A stretch of DNA of 27,058 nt from a virus (lineage: Duplodnaviria; Caudoviricetes): the IMG/VR virus record IMGVR_UViG_3300017754_000810, positions 1-27,058 of that record; one strand, given 5' to 3'. Below, one piece after another: positions 15,201 through 22,322 of this stretch. Position numbers and translations under genes: made by a program. The notes beneath the pieces were generated by a model. The model was given only the letters and a program-made list of their open reading frames with translations, was not told the DNA's origin and did not search any database. Every line of letters begins with the position of its first letter. Position 1 is the first letter of the stretch.

Positions 15201-17787
15201 TGTGCAGGCGTTGACTGAGACAGACGACCCAATCCGCTACGCACCCAAGCCTAGTGCGCCGGGCTATGAGTCTGCGCTAGATACCAGCAACCAGATCATT
15301 GCTTCACCTAAGACAATTCGTCAGCGGGTTGAGGCTAACCTTGGGTTGGCGTTCCGCACCCAAGTGCTTGATCGCTTGGCTCCCCTTGAGAAGGTGGCTA
15401 ACGAGATGCTTGAGCCCCTGAAGGGCATGCAAATGATGTACTACTTGCGTATGTACGATCAGCGTATGTCTTACACACAACAGGCTGTTGGCGTTGGTGT
15501 GCCCCAGCGTGTGGCCAAGAAACGTGAAGATGGTCAAACAGAATATTTGATTGAGAGCGTTGAAGGCCCGAGCTTAGCAAGCGTGGTTGGTATCCTCAAA
15601 GACACGCCCAACATGAACGCTGAAGCGGCTAACCGCTTGTTTACCATGTATCTGCTAGGCAAACGTGCCGAGCGTGTGGGCTACGACAAGCTAAACTTTA
15701 AAGTCTCAGAGGCAGAACTTCGCGCTGTGGTCAAACAAATTGATGGTGACGATGCCGTCCGCGATGTCTTCACTAAAGCCCGTGACGAGTACAACAGTTA
15801 CAACAAAGGCTTGATGAAGTTGGCCATTGACTGCGGGGCAATTACCCCAGAAGAAGGCGCTCGTCTGTCTGCCAGCAACGACTACATCCCATACTACCGC
15901 GAACAAAACGGCAACGCTGTCTTGGTCATTGGCGGTGAAGGCGTAGTCAAGATTGGCAACTTGCGTGAGCAGCCTTACTTGAAAGAGCTCATCGGGGGCG
16001 AAGACAAAGTGTTGGACTTCATGACCAGTTCTGTCCAGAACACATCGATGCTGATTGACATGTCTTTGCGCAACCTTGCTGCCAAGAACGCTATGTACGA
16101 ATTGGTTGGCTTGAAGCTGGCTAACTTCCTTGGCGCGCCTATAGCCGGCAAGGACATCGTGACGTTCAAAGACAAGGGCGTTGAGAAGTACGTGCAAGTG
16201 GCAACCAATGAGATTGGCATCCCGTCTGACCTGTTGGTCAAGGGCATGGAAGGTATCCCGCTTAACAACACAGGCGTTGTGGCGGCTATGGGTATGCCTG
16301 CTACGTTCTTGCGTAGAGCCGTTACCTTGTCTCCGCTGTATGCGTTCCGTCAGCTAATACGCGATTCTGTGGCGGCTCCGCTGTTGTCGGGCGCTAACTT
16401 TACGCCTGTCATGGGCGCAATTAAAGAGCTTGGCGCATCCGCTACAAAGACCACGCTTGAGCGCAGGGGTATTACAGGCGGTCAAATTTTCACTGGTACA
16501 AACGAAGACTTGACCAAAATCTTGCGTGACTTACAGTCCGGTAAAACAGTTAGTTGGTCATCCATGATTAGCAGGGCTGAAGGTTTGTCCATGGAAGCAG
16601 ACGCGGCTACTCGCCGCGCTCAGTACAACAGTTACCTTGAGCAAGGCTTGTCCGAAATGGAAGCTACGCTGATGTCTCTGGAGTCCATGAACTTTAACCG
16701 CCGCGGTGTGTCGCCTAGCGTAGCGTTGGCCTCCAGACTAATTCCGTTCTTTAATGCTCAGTTGCAAAGTTTGGATGTTCTGTACCGTGCGTTCCGTGGA
16801 AAAATGCCTATGGACGAGCGTTTACAAATCCAAAGCAAATTGCTGCAACGTGGCTCTTTGATGGCGCTTACAGCCGTGGCGTACACCTTGCTCATGCAAG
16901 ACGATGAGACTTACAAGAACGCCAACCCTGACGAGAAGTATGGTAACTTCTTCGTGCATGTGCCCGGTATGGATGGCGCGCTTCGTATCCCTGTGCCGTT
17001 TGAAATTGGTTATATCTTTAAGGGTATACCCGAAGCCCTCATCAATACCATGCGTTCAGCGCAGGGCGGTGAAGAAGCGTTTAAGGCGTTCAAATCTATT
17101 GCGCTTCAAACGATTCCGGGCGGCACATCCTTGATGTTGCCACAAGCGGTTAAGCCTTTTGTTGAGAACGTATCCGGCTATTCGTTCTTCACAGGGCGCC
17201 AGCTTGAGTCAGCCAAGGAGCAGATGCTTGAGCCTGCGTACCGTTATCGTGACAACACCACAGAGATAGCCAAGGGGCTGGGCAAGATGTTCGATGTCTC
17301 GCCTATCAAAGTTGAGAATCTTGTGCGTGGGTACACGGGCGGTATGGGCTTGGCACTGTTGCAGGCAATTAGTGTTGCGGTTCCTGTCAAAGGCGGTACG
17401 CCAGAGCAGGCTTCTAAACGTCTATCCGATATGCCAGTCGTTGGCGGTCTGTTCCAACCTGAAGATGCAGGCGGCAGGATTAACGCCATGTACGAGCACA
17501 TGAAAGAAGCCCGTCAGGTGCAGAAGACCTTTGAGGACTTGGTCAAAGACGGCAAGCGCGCAGAGGCCAAAGAGTATTTGCAAAAGAACATCAATACGTT
17601 TGCGCAAGCTACGATGGTGGGTAATGTGTCTCAGCAAATGAACATGTTGACTCAGGCAGAGACGGCAATCAAAGCGTCTAACATGGAGCCTGAGAAAAAG
17701 CGTGAGGAGCTTGATAAGATTCGCCAGATCAAGATCAGGTTTGCGACTTCTGTGCGGGAAGTTTTCGAAAAAACCAAACCCCAGTAA
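9280..17787 (+). CDS. Giant polyvalent virion/ejection protein, 2835 aa (zincin metallopeptidase, PcfJ-like module, LPD38-like C-terminus)
   Basis: N-terminal ALRNADAAGDTEAAQRLA and Gly/Ala hydrophobic region; HEGTH (12634-12648) with downstream EFVAE (12802); GTPWCTG...GDFYIYY...AVRMDG...IGEIRG (~13810-13960); C-terminal IPFFNAQLQ, RIPVPFEIG, FFTGRQLE and KVENLVRGYTG resembling LPD38. Confidence 0.85.
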   Translation: MELSQVLQALRNADAAGDTEAAQRLAEIANGMIQRQQAKPATPEAKPESGFLPALSSGVERIKGQAAALAGRAGLTDIDAAEAYYKAQEEKAGKIFQPTEKGWTEAPLTKLGELAGGSIPYMVAPAVAGVAGAIAAPGAAIAGLGAGTLSAFGAGATQFTGTNLARQMDTGKRLAETDIGAAALAAVPQAALDTFALRMIPGIKGLFGQAGQKLTNAEAKAIANQGLGKTLQDYALSTGKVMGAEGLTEAGQQVFERLQAGLQLTDEEARQEYFDNFIGGAVLGGVLAPAGRFSERSGIQKQAKLAEIQDRVKAAAEKAQAKAQPAEVEGEIPAEALEPAMLQLPAPTPTPPAPPAPIVETTRPGAVIASSDTRTPASTQQFNLSRAMEEHDNLRTQFSNLEDQMTKATPDEFAKLHPVYVETKTKMEQLGAQINTAGGVAASETDFEKQASQTLTKLTKQFEDAKQKGDMEKANKLALAIKDATADFENRRGALAAKAEGQTKRGETRDLFTEEPEQPAGEKLRYENYKKEPVSTGIAASKEEAMGVGEKKPTKSEVISEEAIMSAQKKLDAANAALPALTKAKDQAGIDAKTKEINVLEAELNRLHIGRRPKLAADDIFSKQNVMRTAINQGDFETVLEVAEPVTEEVRAERKQASEAERAVRENLTKALDERLNLAGTKRTLVVDEDTYQRTMDEIKALARHVEFPQGNAKKSVLQMLQDITDEHARLSARLESGIAEPTLREKTAALQAKLGKGEAPAANRQMDASERHNVRRKLDSLVKRYNALETSKVAPYREKIYSLYNGMFKTEPAQTSDQLKAAKAAESERQVASTKKTGTPKEGNKGVGAVVSKATKTVTRIRAGDFRKEAMKTVELSQLARELGEKTPEYQAYAADTAKRLGKMVDKYGKDDKAVNAYRIEITSERPIKAEELGRKSPEYKKALEAQAKKLKEAVKGTGLLEIPSKRTPQVTRKATGAPGQFRTSTAESKAETEQRVQRYNRLKGIKKDFDEGIASERELPARGVEGATPDLTETQVTALENNDVRKALNDMAKDPRTSKLNSIVATRLAGLLDTTDIVLKDTLVDNEGNPVYGAANIKRNRITLSRDGGLSQEILLHEGTHIGAERVILQYETDPSKLTELQRVAVRELMAIHAAVKNDPRITSTNAKGSLSEFVAEIMSNRVLQEQMRTKAWRMSDAWNGFKSVILRMLGIEKPETMLGVAIQSVDAIFVPASAKVEVKPSGQRKLAQKDIAALHTGSNSMKQFAEQFGPDIKQKDRTVQDAERIGTEYMDKMYNEPYDYVQRADPDKLDYTSATTMSDGKQFDPDNALHYVEADAAVFANLKAQEDWDLRDREATAINVQRKKDLKSLIKNLMDEPSYTTVEQALVARAAAKYAVLSDKGGRLKLASIESNNRHNIAVVSAEDAGHVIQELRAGKGLKQAFLDGMQKNADENAKKNGNKNGWQKFNQVNPKRELNTDIPAEPGRARLKYKPVESIEKAAAALNAGAAGTPWCTGASVSTARGQIERGDFYIYYQNGKPEVAVRMDGSNKIGEIRGNSPNQALSKPQQEIAFNFLNSNNFEGAEKYTSEFAKKQLLIDVLTNKRELTPQELASSADWNLVSNGELSDYKVKNLFNFRTVDGYGGRPAASDKVIKELTDKLNFAYTNAYEQNYFVGAPISLRPTEPDTVHKFKFNGQEYTASQDEIKAVGTIGISSWKPVDEFTTLPALEYVNKIDIFSATKLSLPLIKNVNELTVFSAVDGNGKPLQAEVALANGSVVRNAQAWGDNPAHVKITGATQFIDVRKLGNAFRPLHLVAPDALYVNVQKNDGNIVSLANVLAANLQSAVKKKLSNAGLTRFNTDIPFEDLDPSTRKAAESFFKDAGKRIDSKFINDVYDRLGGESGTINAENVAEFFGLMATEKRGMFSRGEDLSLKDAMTVVAKFNDLFNSSDRIGSDIGNITAPKMIAEAPPVQALTETDDPIRYAPKPSAPGYESALDTSNQIIASPKTIRQRVEANLGLAFRTQVLDRLAPLEKVANEMLEPLKGMQMMYYLRMYDQRMSYTQQAVGVGVPQRVAKKREDGQTEYLIESVEGPSLASVVGILKDTPNMNAEAANRLFTMYLLGKRAERVGYDKLNFKVSEAELRAVVKQIDGDDAVRDVFTKARDEYNSYNKGLMKLAIDCGAITPEEGARLSASNDYIPYYREQNGNAVLVIGGEGVVKIGNLREQPYLKELIGGEDKVLDFMTSSVQNTSMLIDMSLRNLAAKNAMYELVGLKLANFLGAPIAGKDIVTFKDKGVEKYVQVATNEIGIPSDLLVKGMEGIPLNNTGVVAAMGMPATFLRRAVTLSPLYAFRQLIRDSVAAPLLSGANFTPVMGAIKELGASATKTTLERRGITGGQIFTGTNEDLTKILRDLQSGKTVSWSSMISRAEGLSMEADAATRRAQYNSYLEQGLSEMEATLMSLESMNFNRRGVSPSVALASRLIPFFNAQLQSLDVLYRAFRGKMPMDERLQIQSKLLQRGSLMALTAVAYTLLMQDDETYKNANPDEKYGNFFVHVPGMDGALRIPVPFEIGYIFKGIPEALINTMRSAQGGEEAFKAFKSIALQTIPGGTSLMLPQAVKPFVENVSGYSFFTGRQLESAKEQMLEPAYRYRDNTTEIAKGLGKMFDVSPIKVENLVRGYTGGMGLALLQAISVAVPVKGGTPEQASKRLSDMPVVGGLFQPEDAGGRINAMYEHMKEARQVQKTFEDLVKDGKRAEAKEYLQKNINTFAQATMVGNVSQQMNMLTQAETAIKASNMEPEKKREELDKIRQIKIRFATSVREVFEKTKPQ

Positions 17788-17950
17788 AGCCGTTATGGAT
17801 GCCTGTGATAGCACGGGCATCCAGTATTCTCAGCAATACGGCCTTCTTTAAACCTAGTTCACGCACGGCTTGCGTATCAAGGCAGGGGACAAAGAACCCC
17901 TGACCTTTCTCAACTTTCAGCCACGGGAACTGGATTAAGGATGTCTTCAT
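17735..17950 (-). CDS. Small phage hypothetical protein, 71 aa (possibly DNA-binding)
   Basis: FPW..VEKGQGFFVPC motif and a C-terminal GVWFFR strand are typical of small proteins downstream of phage primase-helicases. Overlaps the primase by 41 nt and the giant + strand gene by 53 nt. Confidence 0.7.
   Translation of the reverse strand: MKTSLIQFPWLKVEKGQGFFVPCLDTQAVRELGLKKAVLLRILDARAITGIHNGFTGVWFFRKLPAQKSQT
17796..17823 (+). terminator. 12-bp stem-loop 8 nt after the stop of the giant gene; candidate terminator or 3' stabiliser of the + arm transcript
   Basis: TGGATGCCTGTG-ATAG-CACGGGCATCCA gives 11 Watson-Crick pairs plus one U-G wobble on the + strand. The tail GTATTCTC is only a weak U-tract. 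Confidence 0.5.
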
Positions 17951-20804
17951 TTAGGTCTTCAACTCGCCTTCTGATCTTCATCACGGCTACGCGCATTTGG
18001 GGGCCTTTGGTCTTGGCCATCATGTCTTTCTTGACGTACTCAACCTGAAACTGATCCTCAAGTTGGCGCTTAAAGGAAGTGTAGCCAAAGCTCATGGATG
18101 CGCAATAGGACTTGAGCAGTTGTTCCTCGATAAAGTAGTCGATGTACTTGGGCGTTAGCTCATGCTCGACACGGCCTAGAACCTTGTTACGGGTGATGGA
18201 GATGTCAATCTCCTTGCCGCTACCCAGTTCTGCCATCAAGCCGCCAGTGCTAGGACGAATCACAACAAAGCTGCCATAGCTGTCACGGGTATAGGCGTTC
18301 AGTACATCTTCAGCCGTGCGCACACTGCTCTTCATACTAGCCCTCATGTTCTCTACAACCTTCTTAAAAGCGTTGATGATGGGGCGGTAGGGTATCTCAA
18401 TCACGCCAAGCTCTTTAAACGCTTTTAATCCGCAGACAGTAGCCCCGATACCCGCCATCCAAAAGCGCTCGTCATTGGTGGCATTAAACTCGGTATACAT
18501 GGCAGTCACAGCACTACTGACCATCTCAGGGAAGGTGGCCACATTATCGGCAAGGTACTGCGCCAAAGCAAAACCCGCCACGCCATAGTTATGCTGAAGC
18601 GACTTGATGATCTCAATCTCATGGGGTTCCCAAGTCAACTCGTCCTCAAGCACGAACTCCAGTAAGCGGCGCAATTCACCCTCAGATGAATGGTTACGTC
18701 CACCCGTCAGGTAGTCCACGATGTGGGTGTTAGATGACATGATGGCGTTGGTCATCCATGTGGACAGGTTCAAGCGCTCTTTGTTGGAGCCGGACTCCAT
18801 GCGCTCCTTGCCACGGCCTTCGGTCATGTCCAGTAGGAACTCAGGCAACCACTCAAAGTCCTTGCGGTTCTTGGCCGTGATCTCGTCCGTAATAAGCGGG
18901 TGGCTGTTGAGCAAACCCAAGCGTTGTTGCATAGCAACAGGTGATGTGCTCTTGCCTGTGCGGTAGTGCGTTGGGTGTCCCCATACTGAGGCCGCGGCTT
19001 CCAGAGACAGAGACTTGCCCGTGCCGGACTCGGTTGAAGCGCAGTGGTACGTCATGCCGTAGATACCTGTGAAGCGCATGAAAGGCGCTCCAGCACCGAC
19101 AAGCAAAATGGCTAAGTGGTTCCACATCTTCTTAGCAATCAGCATGTTGACAAAAGCTCGCCAGTTGTCGAGCGATCCCTTGGGTTCGGTATTGACCGTG
19201 ATGTTTTCAAGACCCGGCATGGGCACTTTGATGGGCGGTACACCCTTGGAGAAGATACGCCCTGCATAGACGTACGTATTGTCTGCTTGCCAGCCGTAAC
19301 TGTCGGGAACCTTAACGGCTACCTTGTTTGTACTAGATTCTTCCACGCATGCCCTCACATATTCAAATAGGTTTTTGTCATTGTTTGACCCAAATGCTGC
19401 AACCACGTTTTGGTTTGCCAGCGCCTTAACTGTTTCATCCTTGCTGACCACAGCCCTCTGGGGCATTACCACATTCACAGCGCCTTCAGGTTTGAGCGCA
19501 ATCATGTGTACTGTGTGATCGTTATTGCTGTTGAGTATGTCCACTACGAATAGCTCATAGGGCAACAGCATTACTTGCTTCTTGGTCTTAGCCCCGTCAG
19601 CGTCCTCGACTGTGCGCTCCATGAAGATGCCCCCGTTCGTGCCGTAGGCGTAACCCCGTGGCGGTGTTGGGCGCATGACCTTGATGGTCTCCTTGGCTGT
19701 GGCACTGCTCTCGCTCTGCACAGCGACTTCGATTTCTTTCTCCTCGATCTCCACCGATGTCTCACGTCCCATGACGAGTGGGTTGGTGATCTTGCCCCAG
19801 TGCGTACACGTTGGGCAGATGCCGGGGTTCTCGCTGTCCATCTTGATGCAGGGGTATGGGCCTTTGATGCTTTGCAGCTTTTGGTTCATACGCTCCGGCT
19901 CGTACGGGTGCATCTGACTGAGCCACACTGCCGCCTTGTTGCCGTCCTCACAGACTTTCGCCCATGACAACAAGCCTCTCCAAATTGGCTCCATGCCTTC
20001 TTCGGTTGCGTGTTCAACGTAGTGCGCAAGTTGGTTGCAGCCCTTTGCGTTTTGCGTAGCCAACCAGATTGGTTTGAACTTGGTCACGCTGTTAGCAAAA
20101 AGAGTGACACTGGTTGCCGACACAGGGGCGGCAGAGGGGCGAGTACCCGCCAACTCTAGCTTCGGCATGGCCTGCGCTTCATAGACAGAGCCGGATAGCT
20201 TCTCCCTGATAAGCGTAGCCAATGCGTCAAAGCTGAACGTATCGCCCTCAGACAGTATGCGCACGGGGCGCGGTGTCGCGTACTTCTTCTTGAAGTTGGT
20301 AGTGCCGGGCACACGCAAGACTCGGGCGGCATCTGCCGTCACAGTCATGTCGATAGCCAAGCTCTCCTGTTTGCACAGGCGTTTGAAGTTCTCAGCGACA
20401 GGTTTCCATGAGTCAATAGGCACAGCCTCGGTCAAAGGCCAGTAGCAGTGCAAGCCGCCACCAGACGCTACGACATAGGGCGTACCTACCGCATCAAGTC
20501 CTGTCTTCTCCAAGAACGCATTAAGCGCAAGGGCGGCATCTTTCTTCGATGCGTACCCGTCCATGTCAATGAACAGGGCTTTGACATACCTTGCGTTTGC
20601 GGCAGTGCGGTTGTTCTCCTCGCCAAAGGTAGCCAAGGCAAAGTAAACGTCACACTTGTTCTGATGCCAAGTCTCAATTGGCTCAGTGGTCTGATCGAGC
20701 GTGTCAACAAAGGCATGCTCTTTCTTCTTTGTAAGCTCTGCTACGCAATACCGACCAAATTCTGGCGGTGGCAGAACAACCGCTAAAAAATCAAGCGGGG
20801 TCAT
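17910..20804 (-). CDS. DNA primase-helicase fusion (AEP/RepB-like primase plus DUF927-type helicase), 964 aa
   Basis: Primase motifs LFIDMD, VVASGGGLHCYW and DAARVLRVPGTTN; Cys cluster YPC...CPTCTH; Walker A STESGTGKS; Walker B LITDE; GRGKER and LRRLLE motifs. AAGGA RBS. Confidence 0.88.
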   Translation of the reverse strand: MTPLDFLAVVLPPPEFGRYCVAELTKKKEHAFVDTLDQTTEPIETWHQNKCDVYFALATFGEENNRTAANARYVKALFIDMDGYASKKDAALALNAFLEKTGLDAVGTPYVVASGGGLHCYWPLTEAVPIDSWKPVAENFKRLCKQESLAIDMTVTADAARVLRVPGTTNFKKKYATPRPVRILSEGDTFSFDALATLIREKLSGSVYEAQAMPKLELAGTRPSAAPVSATSVTLFANSVTKFKPIWLATQNAKGCNQLAHYVEHATEEGMEPIWRGLLSWAKVCEDGNKAAVWLSQMHPYEPERMNQKLQSIKGPYPCIKMDSENPGICPTCTHWGKITNPLVMGRETSVEIEEKEIEVAVQSESSATAKETIKVMRPTPPRGYAYGTNGGIFMERTVEDADGAKTKKQVMLLPYELFVVDILNSNNDHTVHMIALKPEGAVNVVMPQRAVVSKDETVKALANQNVVAAFGSNNDKNLFEYVRACVEESSTNKVAVKVPDSYGWQADNTYVYAGRIFSKGVPPIKVPMPGLENITVNTEPKGSLDNWRAFVNMLIAKKMWNHLAILLVGAGAPFMRFTGIYGMTYHCASTESGTGKSLSLEAAASVWGHPTHYRTGKSTSPVAMQQRLGLLNSHPLITDEITAKNRKDFEWLPEFLLDMTEGRGKERMESGSNKERLNLSTWMTNAIMSSNTHIVDYLTGGRNHSSEGELRRLLEFVLEDELTWEPHEIEIIKSLQHNYGVAGFALAQYLADNVATFPEMVSSAVTAMYTEFNATNDERFWMAGIGATVCGLKAFKELGVIEIPYRPIINAFKKVVENMRASMKSSVRTAEDVLNAYTRDSYGSFVVIRPSTGGLMAELGSGKEIDISITRNKVLGRVEHELTPKYIDYFIEEQLLKSYCASMSFGYTSFKRQLEDQFQVEYVKKDMMAKTKGPQMRVAVMKIRRRVEDLNEDILNPVPVAES

Positions 20805-20818
20805 TAAAGTCCTTGCGG

Positions 20819-21001
20819 TTAGAAGAGTTCGAGTTGTCGTGCGTCTGTAATCGTTGGGCGTTCCATGATGGGGTAACCAGCAAGGCGACTGAGCAGTTCC
20901 ATCTGCCAGTTCTTTGGCAAGCCCTCGGGCTTGTGCACCAAGTCTTCAGCGAACCGGATCAGTTCTTCCGTGGTGAGGGATTGAGGTTGTATTCCGTACA
21001 T
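20819..21001 (-). CDS. Small protein (~60 aa) ending in QLELF
   Basis: ORF 20819..21013 in the track. The ATG at 21001 (MYGIQP) has GGAG 6 nt upstream and is the more likely start. The ORF fills the gap between the HTH and primase genes. Confidence 0.75.
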   Translation of the reverse strand: MYGIQPQSLTTEELIRFAEDLVHKPEGLPKNWQMELLSRLAGYPIMERPTITDARQLELF

Positions 21002-21252
21002 ATTTTTCTCCATGCCTCGTCCGCTGTGCGTGAGGTCTTCATTATGTGAGTTAAGAATTCGACGCGGTCACGATAGGCCACAAACACTTCCGTGCCCGTA
21101 AACCAGTTGTAGACAGTCTGTCGAGAGACGCCAAGCGCATAGGCAATCTTCGTGACCGGAAAGTCAAGATGGATCGCCCAACGCCCAAGCTGGTTGCCCA
21201 GAGACTTGGGAGTCTTTGCTACTTCGTCAATGATTTTTTGTGAGTAAGCCAT
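20959..21252 (-). CDS. Cro/XRE-type helix-turn-helix DNA-binding protein, 97 aa
   Basis: VTKIAYALGVSRQTVYNWFTG is a classical HTH signature. Confidence 0.85.
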   Translation of the reverse strand: MAYSQKIIDEVAKTPKSLGNQLGRWAIHLDFPVTKIAYALGVSRQTVYNWFTGTEVFVAYRDRVEFLTHIMKTSRTADEAWRKICTEYNLNPSPRKN

Positions 21253-21264
21253 AGTGGTTTAGGT

Positions 21265-21313
21265 GGGGGTACTAGCCGTTCGTCCGCAAGCTAAATTGCA
21301 CGACGTTCCCCCC
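21265..21313 (-). ncRNA. Candidate structured cis-regulatory RNA containing a loop-E/sarcin-ricin-type motif
   Basis: Minus strand reads GGGGG-GAA-C-GUCGU-GCAA-UUUAGC-UUGC-GGACGA-ACGGC-U-AGUA-CCCCC: nested stems with GAA opposite AGUA, and no U-tract. Confidence 0.5.
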
Positions 21314-21320
21314 GATTCAG

Positions 21321-21425
21321 TTACTCATCGTCCCAATCAGCAACGATGTCGGCCAGCTTGTTCTTCTTAGCTGGTACGGATTCAACCTTGGCCGCGGCTT
21401 TGCGCACTTCAGGCTCTTCTTCAGT
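21321..21425 (-). other. In-frame 34-codon extension beyond the TAG of the putative SSB gene (acidic tail ...KLADIVADWDDE)
   Basis: After TAG (21426-21428) the frame continues TEEEPEVRKAAAKVESVPAKKNKLADIVADWDDE to TAA at 21321-21323. Confidence 0.85.
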
Positions 21426-22322
21426 CTAGGCAGGCTTGGCTTTCTTGGCCTTGGATGCTTTAACTTCGGCCATAGACTCGGCTTCGTCTTCGTCAAGCAA
21501 GTCACCAAGAGTCTTAGTGCTTGTTCCGGGCGCTTTTCCGGGGATAGCCAAGGGTGCAGGGGCGGCAACACCAACACCATCAGCGGTGGCAGGGGTAACG
21601 GCCACGGCCTTCTCCGCATCCTTAGACTTGGACTGCTCAACGGCTGTTTCGTACTCATCATCAGTCAACCAACGCACAGGAGCGAAAATCAGCTTGGGAG
21701 ACTCAGCCTTGGTGTCAAACTTCATGCGAGTCACGATGGCATCCAAGTTAACTGGAGGAGTCTGAGCCGCCATAAAGCGAGCATAAGCCTGCAAGGGACG
21801 CTTGTCACCTTCTTCTTTGCCAAAGATGGACGTAGCAGGCAGGGTAACCTGCAAGACATCGCCTGATGGGTTGTTAGCCAAGACCACAGCCAAGCGCTGT
21901 TGGTAACGGCATGCGCGGCTTTGACCATTGCCAGACCCTGCGATGTTCTGTGGGCATGTGGCACAGCTTGCAGACTGACGATTCTTTACGCCTGCATCGG
22001 GCTTGTCACCATCAGCAGAGGTGCAGTCAGGGGCGGCTGCAGCCGCGTCTTTGTCGTACGAGCCAGCGTAGAAAATACGGCTGACCTTGGGCGCGGCCTT
22101 GACCACGATCACATCCAAGTGGCGGTCTTCGATCGAAGCGATCTCTTTGCCACCGGACAGTAAGCGAAACACGCCACCCTTGATGGAGACGCGCTTCATG
22201 CCACCGCTAGTGTTAACGCCACCGGCCAGAGCCAAAGTTGTGGCAGAAAGTTCTGCGTTCTTAGCAAAAGCAGGAACGTTTGAGGGATTGAACATTGCAA
22301 TATTGCTCATTTTGTTTTCCAT
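21426..22322 (-). CDS. Putative ssDNA-binding/annealing protein (298 aa to the TAG; 333 aa if read through to 21321)
   Basis: RVSIKGGVFR, PDCTSADG.KPD...CATCPQN..GSG...SRACRYQQRLAV Zn-binding motif and VTRMKFD...PKLIF, followed by an Ala/Pro/Lys/Glu linker. Located in the replication module. An alternative start is MSNI at 22310. Confidence 0.65.
   Translation of the reverse strand: MENKMSNIAMFNPSNVPAFAKNAELSATTLALAGGVNTSGGMKRVSIKGGVFRLLSGGKEIASIEDRHLDVIVVKAAPKVSRIFYAGSYDKDAAAAAPDCTSADGDKPDAGVKNRQSASCATCPQNIAGSGNGQSRACRYQQRLAVVLANNPSGDVLQVTLPATSIFGKEEGDKRPLQAYARFMAAQTPPVNLDAIVTRMKFDTKAESPKLIFAPVRWLTDDEYETAVEQSKSKDAEKAVAVTPATADGVGVAAPAPLAIPGKAPGTSTKTLGDLLDEDEAESMAEVKASKAKKAKPA

Noticed and set aside
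589-17820. Many 60-170 aa antisense and alternate-frame ORFs inside the + arm genes
   Set aside because: They are nested in long motif-bearing genes and show no recognisable motifs; these are shadow ORFs.
21265-21313. Rho-independent terminator or tRNA
   Set aside because: There is no U-tract on either strand, and the element is too short and lacks cloverleaf or T-loop features.
21317-21661. 114-aa minus-strand ORF overlapping the SSB 3' end, as a separate gene or frameshift product
   Set aside because: It is an alternative frame of low-complexity linker DNA with no recognisable motif. The in-frame extension with the acidic tail explains the region better.
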